A stretch of DNA of 27,353 nucleotides, taken from positions 1 to 27,353 of the IMG/VR virus record IMGVR_UViG_3300004805_000027; one strand, given 5' to 3'. The notes beneath the pieces were generated by a model that saw only the letters and a list, made by a program, of their open reading frames with translations, did not search any database and had not been told where the DNA came from. Below, one piece after another: positions 9,508-16,801 of this stretch (within the stretch, counting starts at the first letter, position 1; every line of letters starts with the position of its first letter). The DNA comes from a virus. Its lineage: Duplodnaviria > Caudoviricetes. Position numbers and translations under genes: made by a program.

Positions 9508-9680
9508 GTTACGCAAGGATTGTGGACAAAGAGACAGGCGAACCCGTCCTAACTCATAGGGGTGATTTCCGAGGGTACAAATGCGAACTTTGTAGAACTC
9601 AACGTTCTATCTATGGTCTTCAAGAAATCATGGACCACCTCATTGATTACCATGAGAAGGTTGAAATAGTCAGTATTTGA
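9504..9680 (+). CDS. 58-aa C2H2-type zinc-finger micro-protein
   Basis: MSYARIVDKETGEPVLTHRGDFRGYKCELCRTQRSIYGLQEIMDHLIDYHEKVEIVSI; GGAGG RBS; ATGA overlap with the upstream gene; not in ORF track. Confidence 0.7.
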   Translation: MSYARIVDKETGEPVLTHRGDFRGYKCELCRTQRSIYGLQEIMDHLIDYHEKVEIVSI

Positions 9681-9705
9681 CAAACCCCCTTTGGGTGTGT
9701 ATCGT
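9677..9705 (+). promoter_or_regulatory. sigma-70-type promoter for the recombination block
   Basis: TTGACA-17-TATCGT with TG extension. Confidence 0.7.
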
Positions 9706-9731
9706 TGGTACCACTCAAAGGAAGGAGTAAG

Positions 9732-10616
9732 ATGAACCAAGTATCCAATCCCGTGATTACTGGTTTGCTTGTAGAGGAACTACACCTCAAGAGCCAAACA
9801 CCCAAGCCCACCGCAAAGGGCACACCATTACGCTACTCATCGGCACACTCGTGTGCTCGTCAGCAGGCGTATGCAGCACTAGGTGCTGACCCTACCGAAC
9901 CTATGGACCACGCCGGTGCATGGGTTACAGGTCTAGGCACCATCGTCCACGAAGCACTACAGGATGCGATTAGTCGTCGCTTTCCATCAGCCCAGTTCGA
10001 GGTCGCCTCTCAGATAGGAGATTTCCTATCAGGTTCGTGTGACGCACTCATTGACATTTACGACGTTGGTTCTGTCTATGGTGGCACACACGTCCTGTAC
10101 GAACTCAAGACCATGGGTACCTACGCCTTTGACAAGCAGGTCGGGTGGAACCGTCTGCGTGGCACCGTTGGTGTAGGTGTTGGCCCAGCAGCAAAGGCTG
10201 TTGCACAGGCTGGCATGAACGCACTAGGCATTGAAGCAGAGAACCCTGACATCCGTATCGAGACACTCGTCATGGGTAGCATTGGCTTCGAAGCACTGTC
10301 GAAGAACAAGGCAGAGAACATGGGTGTCGAAGGTGTCAACCGATTTCTTGCCGAGTTCGAGGTACCACGTTATGAGTGGGAACCACTGGCTTCAGAAGAG
10401 ATTGCACGTATGGAAAGTGTCCAGCGTCTCCTGGAAGATGGTTACCTACCTATTCGCTCCGCTAAGGACGATGACAATAGTGTGCTAACGTTAGACCCCA
10501 ACGGTCGTGGATGGCAGTGCGACTACTGTGCGTTCCGTTCTGTCTGTGTAGACGACGGTCCGGCATCTATAAAAGTCTCAAGCAGTTCAATGAGTAAAAG
10601 AAAGGAAGTACAGTGA
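9732..10616 (+). CDS. Cas4/AddB-like PD-(D/E)XK exonuclease
   Basis: Start ATG 9732 after AAGGAG. Motifs: SSAHSCAR, GTIVHE, GSCD, ELKT and C-terminal CDYCAFRSVC (four-Cys Fe-S arrangement). Adjacent to ERF. Confidence 0.85.
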   Translation: MNQVSNPVITGLLVEELHLKSQTPKPTAKGTPLRYSSAHSCARQQAYAALGADPTEPMDHAGAWVTGLGTIVHEALQDAISRRFPSAQFEVASQIGDFLSGSCDALIDIYDVGSVYGGTHVLYELKTMGTYAFDKQVGWNRLRGTVGVGVGPAAKAVAQAGMNALGIEAENPDIRIETLVMGSIGFEALSKNKAENMGVEGVNRFLAEFEVPRYEWEPLASEEIARMESVQRLLEDGYLPIRSAKDDDNSVLTLDPNGRGWQCDYCAFRSVCVDDGPASIKVSSSSMSKRKEVQ

Positions 10617-10852
10617 ACACCACATACCCAACAGTTACCATGGCAGGTAGCGAAGTAGAATTGACCATGTTCCCCGATTGTACCGATGGCAACACATGGG
10701 CAGTAACCCTTAAGGAGAACGACGACTCTGTCTTTCTCGGTATCACACACAACTACGAGGCATGCCTTGAGATGATGAATACTTTCATGGTCGCATTCGC
10801 TGCTCTCGGGTACAAACTAGACTCAAACTTAGGAGAAACAAATGCAGAGTGA
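10613..10852 (+). CDS. hypothetical protein
   Basis: 79 aa acidic ORF; GTGA overlap and GAAAGG RBS. Confidence 0.6.
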   Translation: MNTTYPTVTMAGSEVELTMFPDCTDGNTWAVTLKENDDSVFLGITHNYEACLEMMNTFMVAFAALGYKLDSNLGETNAE

Positions 10853-11420
10853 ATCAATAGACCTATTAGCCAAGTCACTTGTAGGTGCACAAGCCGAGTT
10901 CGGTGCAGTGCCGAAGGGTTCAGTTAATCCTTTTTTTAAGTCAAAGTACGCTGGCTTGCCAGAAGTAATGGCTCATGTTAGCCCAGTGCTCTCGAAGCAC
11001 AAGTTGGCTATCAGTCAATTCATTACATACGCAGAAGATGGTACAGACACATTACTTACTTACCTTCTGCACGAGTCAGGTCAGTACATGGCTTACTCTA
11101 TGAAGTTGCACCTACCTAAGCAGGATGCCCAGGGACAAGGCAGTGCTACGACCTATGCTCGCAGGTACTCGGTACTTGCTGTGCTTGGTGTAGTAGCAGA
11201 CGAAGATGACGATGGCAACAAGGCTAGCCAAGCACCTAAGTCAGCACCTAAGTCTAAGCAACCAACACCGCTAGACAACATGCGTGAACTACTAGCCAAG
11301 AAGTTCGATGAGCCAGCAGACCGTAAAATGTTTTGTGAGGAAAGAGTTCAGCGTACATTGAAGTCGTTGAATGACCTCGAAGAAGCAGAGATTGTCGGTA
11401 TCATCCTAGAGTTGTCATGA
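10842..11420 (+). CDS. erf: ERF-family ssDNA annealing protein
   Basis: K...NPFFKSKYA.L, HESGQ, Q..GSATTYARRY, DEDDDG motifs. Confidence 0.92.
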   Translation: MQSESIDLLAKSLVGAQAEFGAVPKGSVNPFFKSKYAGLPEVMAHVSPVLSKHKLAISQFITYAEDGTDTLLTYLLHESGQYMAYSMKLHLPKQDAQGQGSATTYARRYSVLAVLGVVADEDDDGNKASQAPKSAPKSKQPTPLDNMRELLAKKFDEPADRKMFCEERVQRTLKSLNDLEEAEIVGIILELS

Positions 11421-11566
11421 CCAAGTGGAAAGACTGCCAGCACGAGTGGCTAATAAGTGTTACACATTATAACTCTTACGTTTTCTGTCCCAAGTGTGAA
11501 GCATCTTTCAAACCACAAAGCCAACAGATGCCCTACAAAGGCATAGTACCGGAGCAGTATAAGTAA
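11417..11566 (+). CDS. 49-aa zinc-ribbon micro-protein
   Basis: MTKWKDCQHEW...VFCPKCEASF...; C-x-H...CxxC; coupled at both ends (ATGA, TAATG); not in ORF track. Confidence 0.7.
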   Translation: MTKWKDCQHEWLISVTHYNSYVFCPKCEASFKPQSQQMPYKGIVPEQYK

Positions 11567-12039
11567 TGACAGTTATCATCGGTTACACAGACGGAAAGAA
11601 TTACGCTATTGGCGGAGACTCAGGAGCCTTCGATGAAGGTGGACTGTATCAACTGACTGGTGAACCGAAGGTATGGAAGTCGGGCGATTCGTTAATCGGT
11701 GGTGCGGGTAGTTTCCGCATCATCGAACTTGCCCGCAGGTCAGGTCTTAATGACCCCTACGCTTTACGCAACCACCTTATAGAGTCTAACCCTGGTGGTG
11801 AGTGGAGCCTACTAGTCGTCACTAAGAAAGCATTGTACGAATTGTGCGATGACTTTTCTGTTGTTAAGTTTAAGGAGAATTATGCAGCAATCGGTGCTGG
11901 CAATTCTGTTGCTACTGGGGCTATTGCGACTTTGGCAGAAACTAAAGTAGAACCGGACATGGCAGTTCGAGTAGCATTGAAGGTCACGGTACGCCACTGC
12001 AACATGGCTATGGCACCATTCACGGTGGTGAAGTCATGA
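11566..12039 (+). CDS. HslV/proteasome-beta-like NTN hydrolase
   Basis: M-T-VIIG N-terminal Thr, GDS, PKV, GGAG and YAAIGAG...A.GA motifs. Confidence 0.8.
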   Translation: MTVIIGYTDGKNYAIGGDSGAFDEGGLYQLTGEPKVWKSGDSLIGGAGSFRIIELARRSGLNDPYALRNHLIESNPGGEWSLLVVTKKALYELCDDFSVVKFKENYAAIGAGNSVATGAIATLAETKVEPDMAVRVALKVTVRHCNMAMAPFTVVKS

Positions 12040-12170
12040 GGAAGTGGGTGTGCCCGAAGTGTCTATTGCTGATAGAAGCAAGAGCAGAAGAAGTATTACA
12101 CCGTTGTCCTAGCAACAAGTCTAGGTACACGTCATTCGAAGAGAAGGAAACAGATGAAAAAGGACGTTGA
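12036..12170 (+). CDS. 44-aa zinc-binding micro-protein
   Basis: MRKWVCPKCLLLIEARAEEVLHRCPSNKSRYTSFEEKETDEKGR; CxxC...HxC; ATGA overlap; not in ORF track. Confidence 0.65.
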   Translation: MRKWVCPKCLLLIEARAEEVLHRCPSNKSRYTSFEEKETDEKGR

Positions 12171-12315
12171 ATACGAATACCTACGTGAGCGGAATGAGAT
12201 TCTGCTTGGACGTATAGAGGAATACATGGTCGAGAACCGTGACCTACAACGTAAGGTGCGTGAGTTGCAGTTGCACCTCTCACGCCTACGCCATCCGTCA
12301 GGGGAGGGCAAATGA
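12154..12315 (+). CDS. 53-aa coiled-coil protein
   Basis: MKKDVEYEYLRERNEILLGRIEEYMVENRDLQRKVRELQLHLSRLRHPSGEGK; AAGGA RBS; ATGA overlap with the next gene; not in ORF track. Confidence 0.7.
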   Translation: MKKDVEYEYLRERNEILLGRIEEYMVENRDLQRKVRELQLHLSRLRHPSGEGK

Positions 12316-12695
12316 TTAAGTCAGCCATTGCAGTTGTAACTGCTATGACATCATTCTCTTTTTTCCCGACGAGCAAAGCAGAAGTACCACAACCAATCTT
12401 GGTAGAGACGGCAATGTCTACCCCCCCATTGTTGTCTCTACCTAGAGATGTACAAGCCAGATTTGCATGTGTTGCATACCGAGAGAGTCGTGGCAAGGTA
12501 GTTGATACCAATCCGGTATCAGGTGCTCAGGGTATGTTTCAATTCATGCCTGACATTTGGCAGTTCGCTCGTGCGCACGTCAAGGGTCTACCACCTACAC
12601 CGAACGAAGCAGACATCTATCAACAACAATCAGCAGTTGTATTTTATTACAACAGAAACCACGGGCTTTATCCAGAATGGACGGACGGTTGCTAA
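12312..12695 (+). CDS. secreted lytic transglycosylase (Rpf/SLT lysozyme-like)
   Basis: Signal-peptide-like N-terminus ending SKA; C.AYRES.G (catalytic Glu), SGAQGMFQF...W, QQ...A, terminal W...C. Confidence 0.8.
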   Translation: MIKSAIAVVTAMTSFSFFPTSKAEVPQPILVETAMSTPPLLSLPRDVQARFACVAYRESRGKVVDTNPVSGAQGMFQFMPDIWQFARAHVKGLPPTPNEADIYQQQSAVVFYYNRNHGLYPEWTDGC

Positions 12696-12979
12696 TGAAC
12701 CCAACCTTTAACGCAATACTAAAAGAAGTACAGGACATGCACGACAAGAAGTCGAGAGACTACGGTCGTCCTGAGAATCCCTACTACAACATTCGTCAGA
12801 GCATGGCTTTTGGTATACCCTCATGGGTGGGTGCTTGTCTGAGAGCCAATGACAAAATGGGTCGTCTGCAACTTGCGGCTCAGGGTTCACTACTGGCGAA
12901 CGAAGGCATTGAAGATTCTTTGCTCGACATGATTACGTACTTGACCATCGCACTAGATGAGTTCAGGAATGGAAACTGA
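12695..12979 (+). CDS. DUF1599 / nucleotide-modification-associated domain 1 (MazG-like helical) protein
   Basis: Start ATG 12695 (TAATG coupling); KKSRDYG, DKMGRL and EGIEDSLLDMITY motifs. Confidence 0.75.
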   Translation: MNPTFNAILKEVQDMHDKKSRDYGRPENPYYNIRQSMAFGIPSWVGACLRANDKMGRLQLAAQGSLLANEGIEDSLLDMITYLTIALDEFRNGN

Positions 12980-13505
12980 TTACCGCAAGGCCCTTTGCAT
13001 TTTAATCGATGAAGGATTTGTTACCACTGACCAGGTAAAACAGGCAGTAAGCAAAGCCAAGAAATTACAGTACAAAGAAGGCCAAGACTCAGCGACATGG
13101 AAGTCGGCACACACGCTTGCCGTTGAACTACGTGAGTTGTGTGTGGCGAATGGATACAAAGCATTCAGTATCAACAAGTCTTCGATGAGCGACATCGAGT
13201 ACTTGCTACGTGTCACTAACCACACCGAAGAAGAAGTACGTGGTGTTATTCAATGGGCTACATCGGATTCATTCTGGTCACCCGTGATACTCAACACCAC
13301 ACAACTGCGTAAACACTTTGACCAGTTGTTCATCAGACGGAACAGAACGTCTGTACAACAACCAGTCGTCGACCGCAGTGAAGAAGTACGCAAGAGCATG
13401 GAGAACTTTGAGAAGAAGTTGGAGCAACGCAGGGCAGAAGCAGTGCCTATGCCTAGAGGATTCAAGGACGTATTAAAGAAAGGTAAAAGCAGTGAAGTTG
13501 AATGA
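12969..13505 (+). CDS. putative replication initiator/replisome organiser (lambda O C-terminal-like domain)
   Basis: 'IQWATSDSFWSPVILNTTQLRKHFDQL' resembles the D-x-FW...IL....LR..FDQL motif of phage replication proteins; start ATG 12969. Confidence 0.55.
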   Translation: METDYRKALCILIDEGFVTTDQVKQAVSKAKKLQYKEGQDSATWKSAHTLAVELRELCVANGYKAFSINKSSMSDIEYLLRVTNHTEEEVRGVIQWATSDSFWSPVILNTTQLRKHFDQLFIRRNRTSVQQPVVDRSEEVRKSMENFEKKLEQRRAEAVPMPRGFKDVLKKGKSSEVE

Positions 13506-13740
13506 TTGGACAGCAGACGCTAAGTGTAAGGGGATGGACACAAACATCTTTTTCCCATTGAAGGGTTCTTCACACAAAGTTGACGAGATGGTACGGAGCA
13601 TTTGTCACGGGTGCCCTGTGTCAGAGCAGTGCTTGGATGACGCACTATCTACGTATAACCAGATAGGATACAGAGCAGGTCTTAGTGCCAAGCAACGTAG
13701 AAGTATGTTGCTCAAACAGAAGCGAGAGAGTGCAGCATGA
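13492..13740 (+). CDS. whiB: WhiB-family Fe-S transcription factor (variant turn motif)
   Basis: W...AKC...D..IFFP...CHGCPVSEQCL..AL; GYRAG in place of G(V/I)WGG; L-S...R. Confidence 0.88.
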   Translation: MKLNDWTADAKCKGMDTNIFFPLKGSSHKVDEMVRSICHGCPVSEQCLDDALSTYNQIGYRAGLSAKQRRSMLLKQKRESAA

Positions 13741-13922
13741 AGAAAATAACCATGACCGAAGAAGAAGCAATACAGAACATTAACGAAGCAGTGGACTCAG
13801 TTATGGTTCCCTTGTTGACTGAACTGGTAACGCTTGGTGTATCACAGGAACTAATTGGCACAGCGATGATGAACATCGCAGAGCGAAAGTTAGACGAGCA
13901 TGACGACACCACAGAAGGCTAA
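13737..13922 (+). CDS. hypothetical acidic helical protein
   Basis: 61 aa; ATGA overlap. Confidence 0.6.
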   Translation: MKKITMTEEEAIQNINEAVDSVMVPLLTELVTLGVSQELIGTAMMNIAERKLDEHDDTTEG

Positions 13923-14241
13923 GGGTTCTCAGTGGGAGCGTGACGTTGCTAAGTTCTTCAACGAGAACGGCTACCCCAATGTCGAAAGACGATACGGTGC
14001 TGGCAACACAGTTGACAAAGGCGACCTCAATGGATTCGCACACGCCATTGTTATCGAGTGCAAGAACGTTGGCAAGATAACGCTCGCTTCTATCATGGAC
14101 GAGACAGAGGTGGAGAAGAACAACGCTAAGGCAGACATCGGCCTTGCGGTGATTAAGCGCAGGAACACCAGCGCAGGGCGAGCCTATGCAGTAGTGACAC
14201 TAGAAGACATGGTGAAACTGTTGCACATGGCTGGCTATTGA
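13900..14241 (+). CDS. Holliday junction resolvase (Hjc-like PD-(D/E)XK)
   Basis: KAKG..WER, DKGD and IECKN motifs; 113 aa. Confidence 0.82.
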   Translation: MTTPQKAKGSQWERDVAKFFNENGYPNVERRYGAGNTVDKGDLNGFAHAIVIECKNVGKITLASIMDETEVEKNNAKADIGLAVIKRRNTSAGRAYAVVTLEDMVKLLHMAGY

Positions 14242-14249
14242 TGTAGTAT
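14221..14249 (+). promoter_or_regulatory. candidate promoter for ssb
   Basis: TTGCAC-17-TAGTAT. Confidence 0.45.
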
Positions 14250-14281
14250 TACAGGGCAGTAAATAAACGAAAGGTACAGAG

Positions 14282-14638
14282 ATGAGTACAACCATCATTG
14301 GTAGATTGACAGCAGACCCCGAGATTAAGTTCACTAACAACGGCACAGCCCTTGTGAATTTCTCGGTAGCAGTAAACCGTAAGAAGGGCGACGAAGAATA
14401 CGTCTCCTATTTCGATGTAACAGCATGGGGCACACTCGCACAGGGTGTTGCCGACACACTTCACAAAGGTGACCGAGTTGTGGTAAATGGGTTTCTAACC
14501 CAAGACCGTTACGAGAACAAGGAAGGTAAGACGGTGAGCAAGGTAGTTCTAACTGCCGAAGCCGTTGGTCCCGACCTTCGATTCGCAACGGCCACAGTAC
14601 AGGCTACTAAGAAGAAAGAAGTTGAAGCAGACTTCTAA
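14282..14638 (+). CDS. ssb: single-stranded DNA-binding protein
   Basis: IIGRLTADPE.KFT..G, FSVAVN, V.AWG.LA, KGDRV.V.G.L; actinobacterial-type 'VGPDLRFATA'; short acidic tail EADF. Confidence 0.95.
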   Translation: MSTTIIGRLTADPEIKFTNNGTALVNFSVAVNRKKGDEEYVSYFDVTAWGTLAQGVADTLHKGDRVVVNGFLTQDRYENKEGKTVSKVVLTAEAVGPDLRFATATVQATKKKEVEADF

Positions 14639-15024
14639 TGGCTGATTGGTCCGAAGCGAAGTGTATTGGTATGACCAAACTTTTCTTCGACGACCGCATA
14701 AAAAAAATTAACCGAGCGAAGTACATTTGCAAAGAGTGCCCACTTAAGAACGAGTGTCTTGAGTGGGCACTTGTGCATAGAGAAGCATGGGGAGTATGGG
14801 CTGGTCTTGACTATCACGAACTTCGTATTGTTGCCGTCTCATTGGGCTATGCGCCCCCTAACAGACGTGAGGTGGAGCATGGCACCGAACGTGGCTGGGC
14901 GTGGCACAGAAGGCAGAAGATGAAGGACACAGAGCACGAGACGTGCCAGCCTTGCGTTGACGCATACAACCAAGCCACCCGTATCCGAGTAGCCCGTTAC
15001 CGCAAAAGAAAAAGTTCGACTTGA
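14638..15024 (+). CDS. whiB: WhiB-family protein with C-terminal HGT-x-H-CxxC domain
   Basis: AKC...FF...AKYICKECPLKNECLEWAL...GVWAG; C-terminal HGTERGWAWH...CQPC. Confidence 0.9.
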   Translation: MADWSEAKCIGMTKLFFDDRIKKINRAKYICKECPLKNECLEWALVHREAWGVWAGLDYHELRIVAVSLGYAPPNRREVEHGTERGWAWHRRQKMKDTEHETCQPCVDAYNQATRIRVARYRKRKSST

Positions 15025-15050
15025 CACGCACGTAGTTGTGTGCTTATAAT
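15021..15050 (+). promoter_or_regulatory. consensus sigma-70 promoter
   Basis: TTGACA-18-TATAAT followed by TAAGGAGG RBS. Confidence 0.8.
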
Positions 15051-15077
15051 GTAGTCATACCAATTAAGGAGGGTATT

Positions 15078-15248
15078 ATGGAAGAAAAATTATTCGGTAG
15101 AGATAATTCAGAAGTGCTTTGGTTTTCTGAGATAACAGAAGACTTTATCGCCAGTGCTAATCTAAGCGACGAAGACCAACAGTCGTTCTTTGAGCAACTT
15201 AACGATGCAGTCTTGGAAGTCTGTGACATTTGGGGGGTTGGGCTATGA
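15078..15248 (+). CDS. small highly acidic protein
   Basis: Start ATG 15078 after AAGGAGG; 56 aa with 14 D/E versus 2 K/R. Confidence 0.7.
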   Translation: MEEKLFGRDNSEVLWFSEITEDFIASANLSDEDQQSFFEQLNDAVLEVCDIWGVGL

Positions 15249-15454
15249 CTTGGGAAAAGTATTCTTATACGTGTGACCCTGACCATTGCGACTCTTCGGT
15301 TGAGATTACAACTAAGTTGCCTATTATTAAGCCTGAGTGTTTTTCATGCGGTAGGATGATGAACCTTATTGCTGTAAAAAATGGTGAACCTGTTGTTGGT
15401 TCTGTAGAAGATTATTTGGCTTACCTTGAGAAATCAGGAGAGACAGGTATCTAA
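15245..15454 (+). CDS. zinc-ribbon protein (FmdB-like layout)
   Basis: Y.Y.CDPDHC...ECFSCG; ATGA overlap at 15245. Confidence 0.65.
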   Translation: MTWEKYSYTCDPDHCDSSVEITTKLPIIKPECFSCGRMMNLIAVKNGEPVVGSVEDYLAYLEKSGETGI

Positions 15455-15639
15455 TGACCGATTCAGTTACGATTAAGATTCGTGGCGAGATGGTAAACTT
15501 TGTGTTTGACATTACGCCTGAGCAGTGGGTGGAGATTGACAAGTGTGTCAACGGACATAACCGCCCACGCAAAACCAGTCGTGGTACAAAGGACGTGGTG
15601 ACTCTCATACGTGAGAGCATCAGATTCGCTGACGTGTAG
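15454..15639 (+). CDS. hypothetical protein
   Basis: 61 aa; TAATG coupling; last gene of the + block. Confidence 0.6.
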   Translation: MTDSVTIKIRGEMVNFVFDITPEQWVEIDKCVNGHNRPRKTSRGTKDVVTLIRESIRFADV

Positions 15640-15816
15640 TTTCCCTTCTTTCTAACACGTCAGCCATGCCCCTGTGAGGTGCGCTTGTTCCTACCTCTTG
15701 CAAGTGACCTTACAGGGGCACTCTACGAAAAATGCGACCAGCGTCCGAGCACATGTTGCCCCTGCGGGGCCGGAAAAAAAGTAAAATACAAGTTGAAGAC
15801 TTGGATTTTGCATGTT

Positions 15817-15864
15817 AAAAAAACCATGGGGAGTTGCGCAACAGCGCAACCCCCAGGGCTTTTT
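15817..15864. terminator. bidirectional intrinsic terminator
   Basis: A7 - TGGGG-A-GTTGCGC [AACA] GCGCAAC-CCCCA - T5, between convergent operons. Confidence 0.75.
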
Positions 15865-15866
15865 AG

Positions 15867-16010
15867 TTATTTGTCGTACAGGAATAGTAAAATGTACCAA
15901 CTTACTATCCACACCAAGCCAAGGGTATACGCAGATTGCGTACCACCCTGGCTTAGTGCAAGACACCAACCTGTTAAAACGGCGACTATACGCCGTGATG
16001 TTTGAGTCAT
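15867..16010 (-). CDS. 47-aa membrane micro-protein
   Basis: MTQTSRRIVAVLTGWCLALSQGGTQSAYTLGLVWIVSWYILLFLYDK; ATGA overlap with the GATase stop; ends just before the terminator; not in ORF track. Confidence 0.65.
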   Translation of the reverse strand: MTQTSRRIVAVLTGWCLALSQGGTQSAYTLGLVWIVSWYILLFLYDK

Positions 16011-16801
16011 CGCTTAACCGACCCAACGAAGCACTGACATGCTTCCCAGTTGGCGTTACAGTCTTGACACCAACCACAGTAGTGACAGAACTCATCCATG
16101 TAACTGAGTGTTTCTGGACACTCAGTGTTGAGACACTTTGTGAGCATAGTATCCTCGTCGTCCCAATTCTGATGACCCATGATGACTGCTTTGGGTGCTG
16201 GGTATGTGGAGTAATTATAAGGCATGTATGACTTATTACTCCACCACAACCCCTCGGTCTGCCAATGGCCGAGTGATTCGCCAAGAATCAGTAGCGGTAT
16301 TTCTAGTTCTAAGGTCAGAATTACAACCTTGGAATTGCTACCCTCTACAAATCCGTCCATTACGTCCCACACTCGCTGGTCACAAAGACCAGTGATGCCG
16401 CCGAACCGTGGCAACACGTCTTCGGCAAACACTCGAGAGTCGGAGCGCCAGTCTCCCTTCTCGAGGGTTAATGGCAGAATGCCATTGTGGGCAATGATGG
16501 ATTTCTTGTCTGAACCCTCAACCATGAAGCCATGACAACCACGGATGGATGTTTCACCGTGTGTTGCAATGCGAGCGTGGAAGAAATGTGCTTGCACATG
16601 ATTCCCGTACTCGCGGAAGACAGCCTCGTAATCGTGGATGGCTTCCTTGGCTACCATGGATTTACCTGATAACAACATAAGGTCACCCTTGTGTTCTACA
16701 ACAGCACCCCAACCGAATCCGTCAGGATTAGATTTGCATGCTTGCTCCAACTCAGCATGAGTCGGTTTTTCATTTCCAATTCCGGCGCAAATTACGCACA
16801 T
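16007..16801 (-). CDS. class II (NTN) glutamine amidotransferase with Cys-rich C-terminus
   Basis: M-C N-terminal nucleophile, NPDGFG, HARIATHG, AHNG, DSR; C-terminal CxxC clusters; GAGG RBS. Confidence 0.9.
   Translation of the reverse strand: MCVICAGIGNEKPTHAELEQACKSNPDGFGWGAVVEHKGDLMLLSGKSMVAKEAIHDYEAVFREYGNHVQAHFFHARIATHGETSIRGCHGFMVEGSDKKSIIAHNGILPLTLEKGDWRSDSRVFAEDVLPRFGGITGLCDQRVWDVMDGFVEGSNSKVVILTLELEIPLLILGESLGHWQTEGLWWSNKSYMPYNYSTYPAPKAVIMGHQNWDDEDTMLTKCLNTECPETLSYMDEFCHYCGWCQDCNANWEACQCFVGSVKR

Noticed and set aside
9732-10616. Cas4-like gene as evidence of a CRISPR-Cas system
   Set aside because: No repeat-spacer array or other cas genes were seen; adjacency to ERF indicates a phage recombination exonuclease
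12557-12694. N-terminal extension of the 12557..12979 ORF
   Set aside because: Lies inside the transglycosylase gene; the TAATG-coupled ATG at 12695 is the more plausible start
15679-16284. ORFs 15679..16005(+), 15691..16284(-) and 15812..16231(+)
   Set aside because: They cross terminator hairpins and overlap the GATase and the 47-aa TM gene; no recognisable motifs
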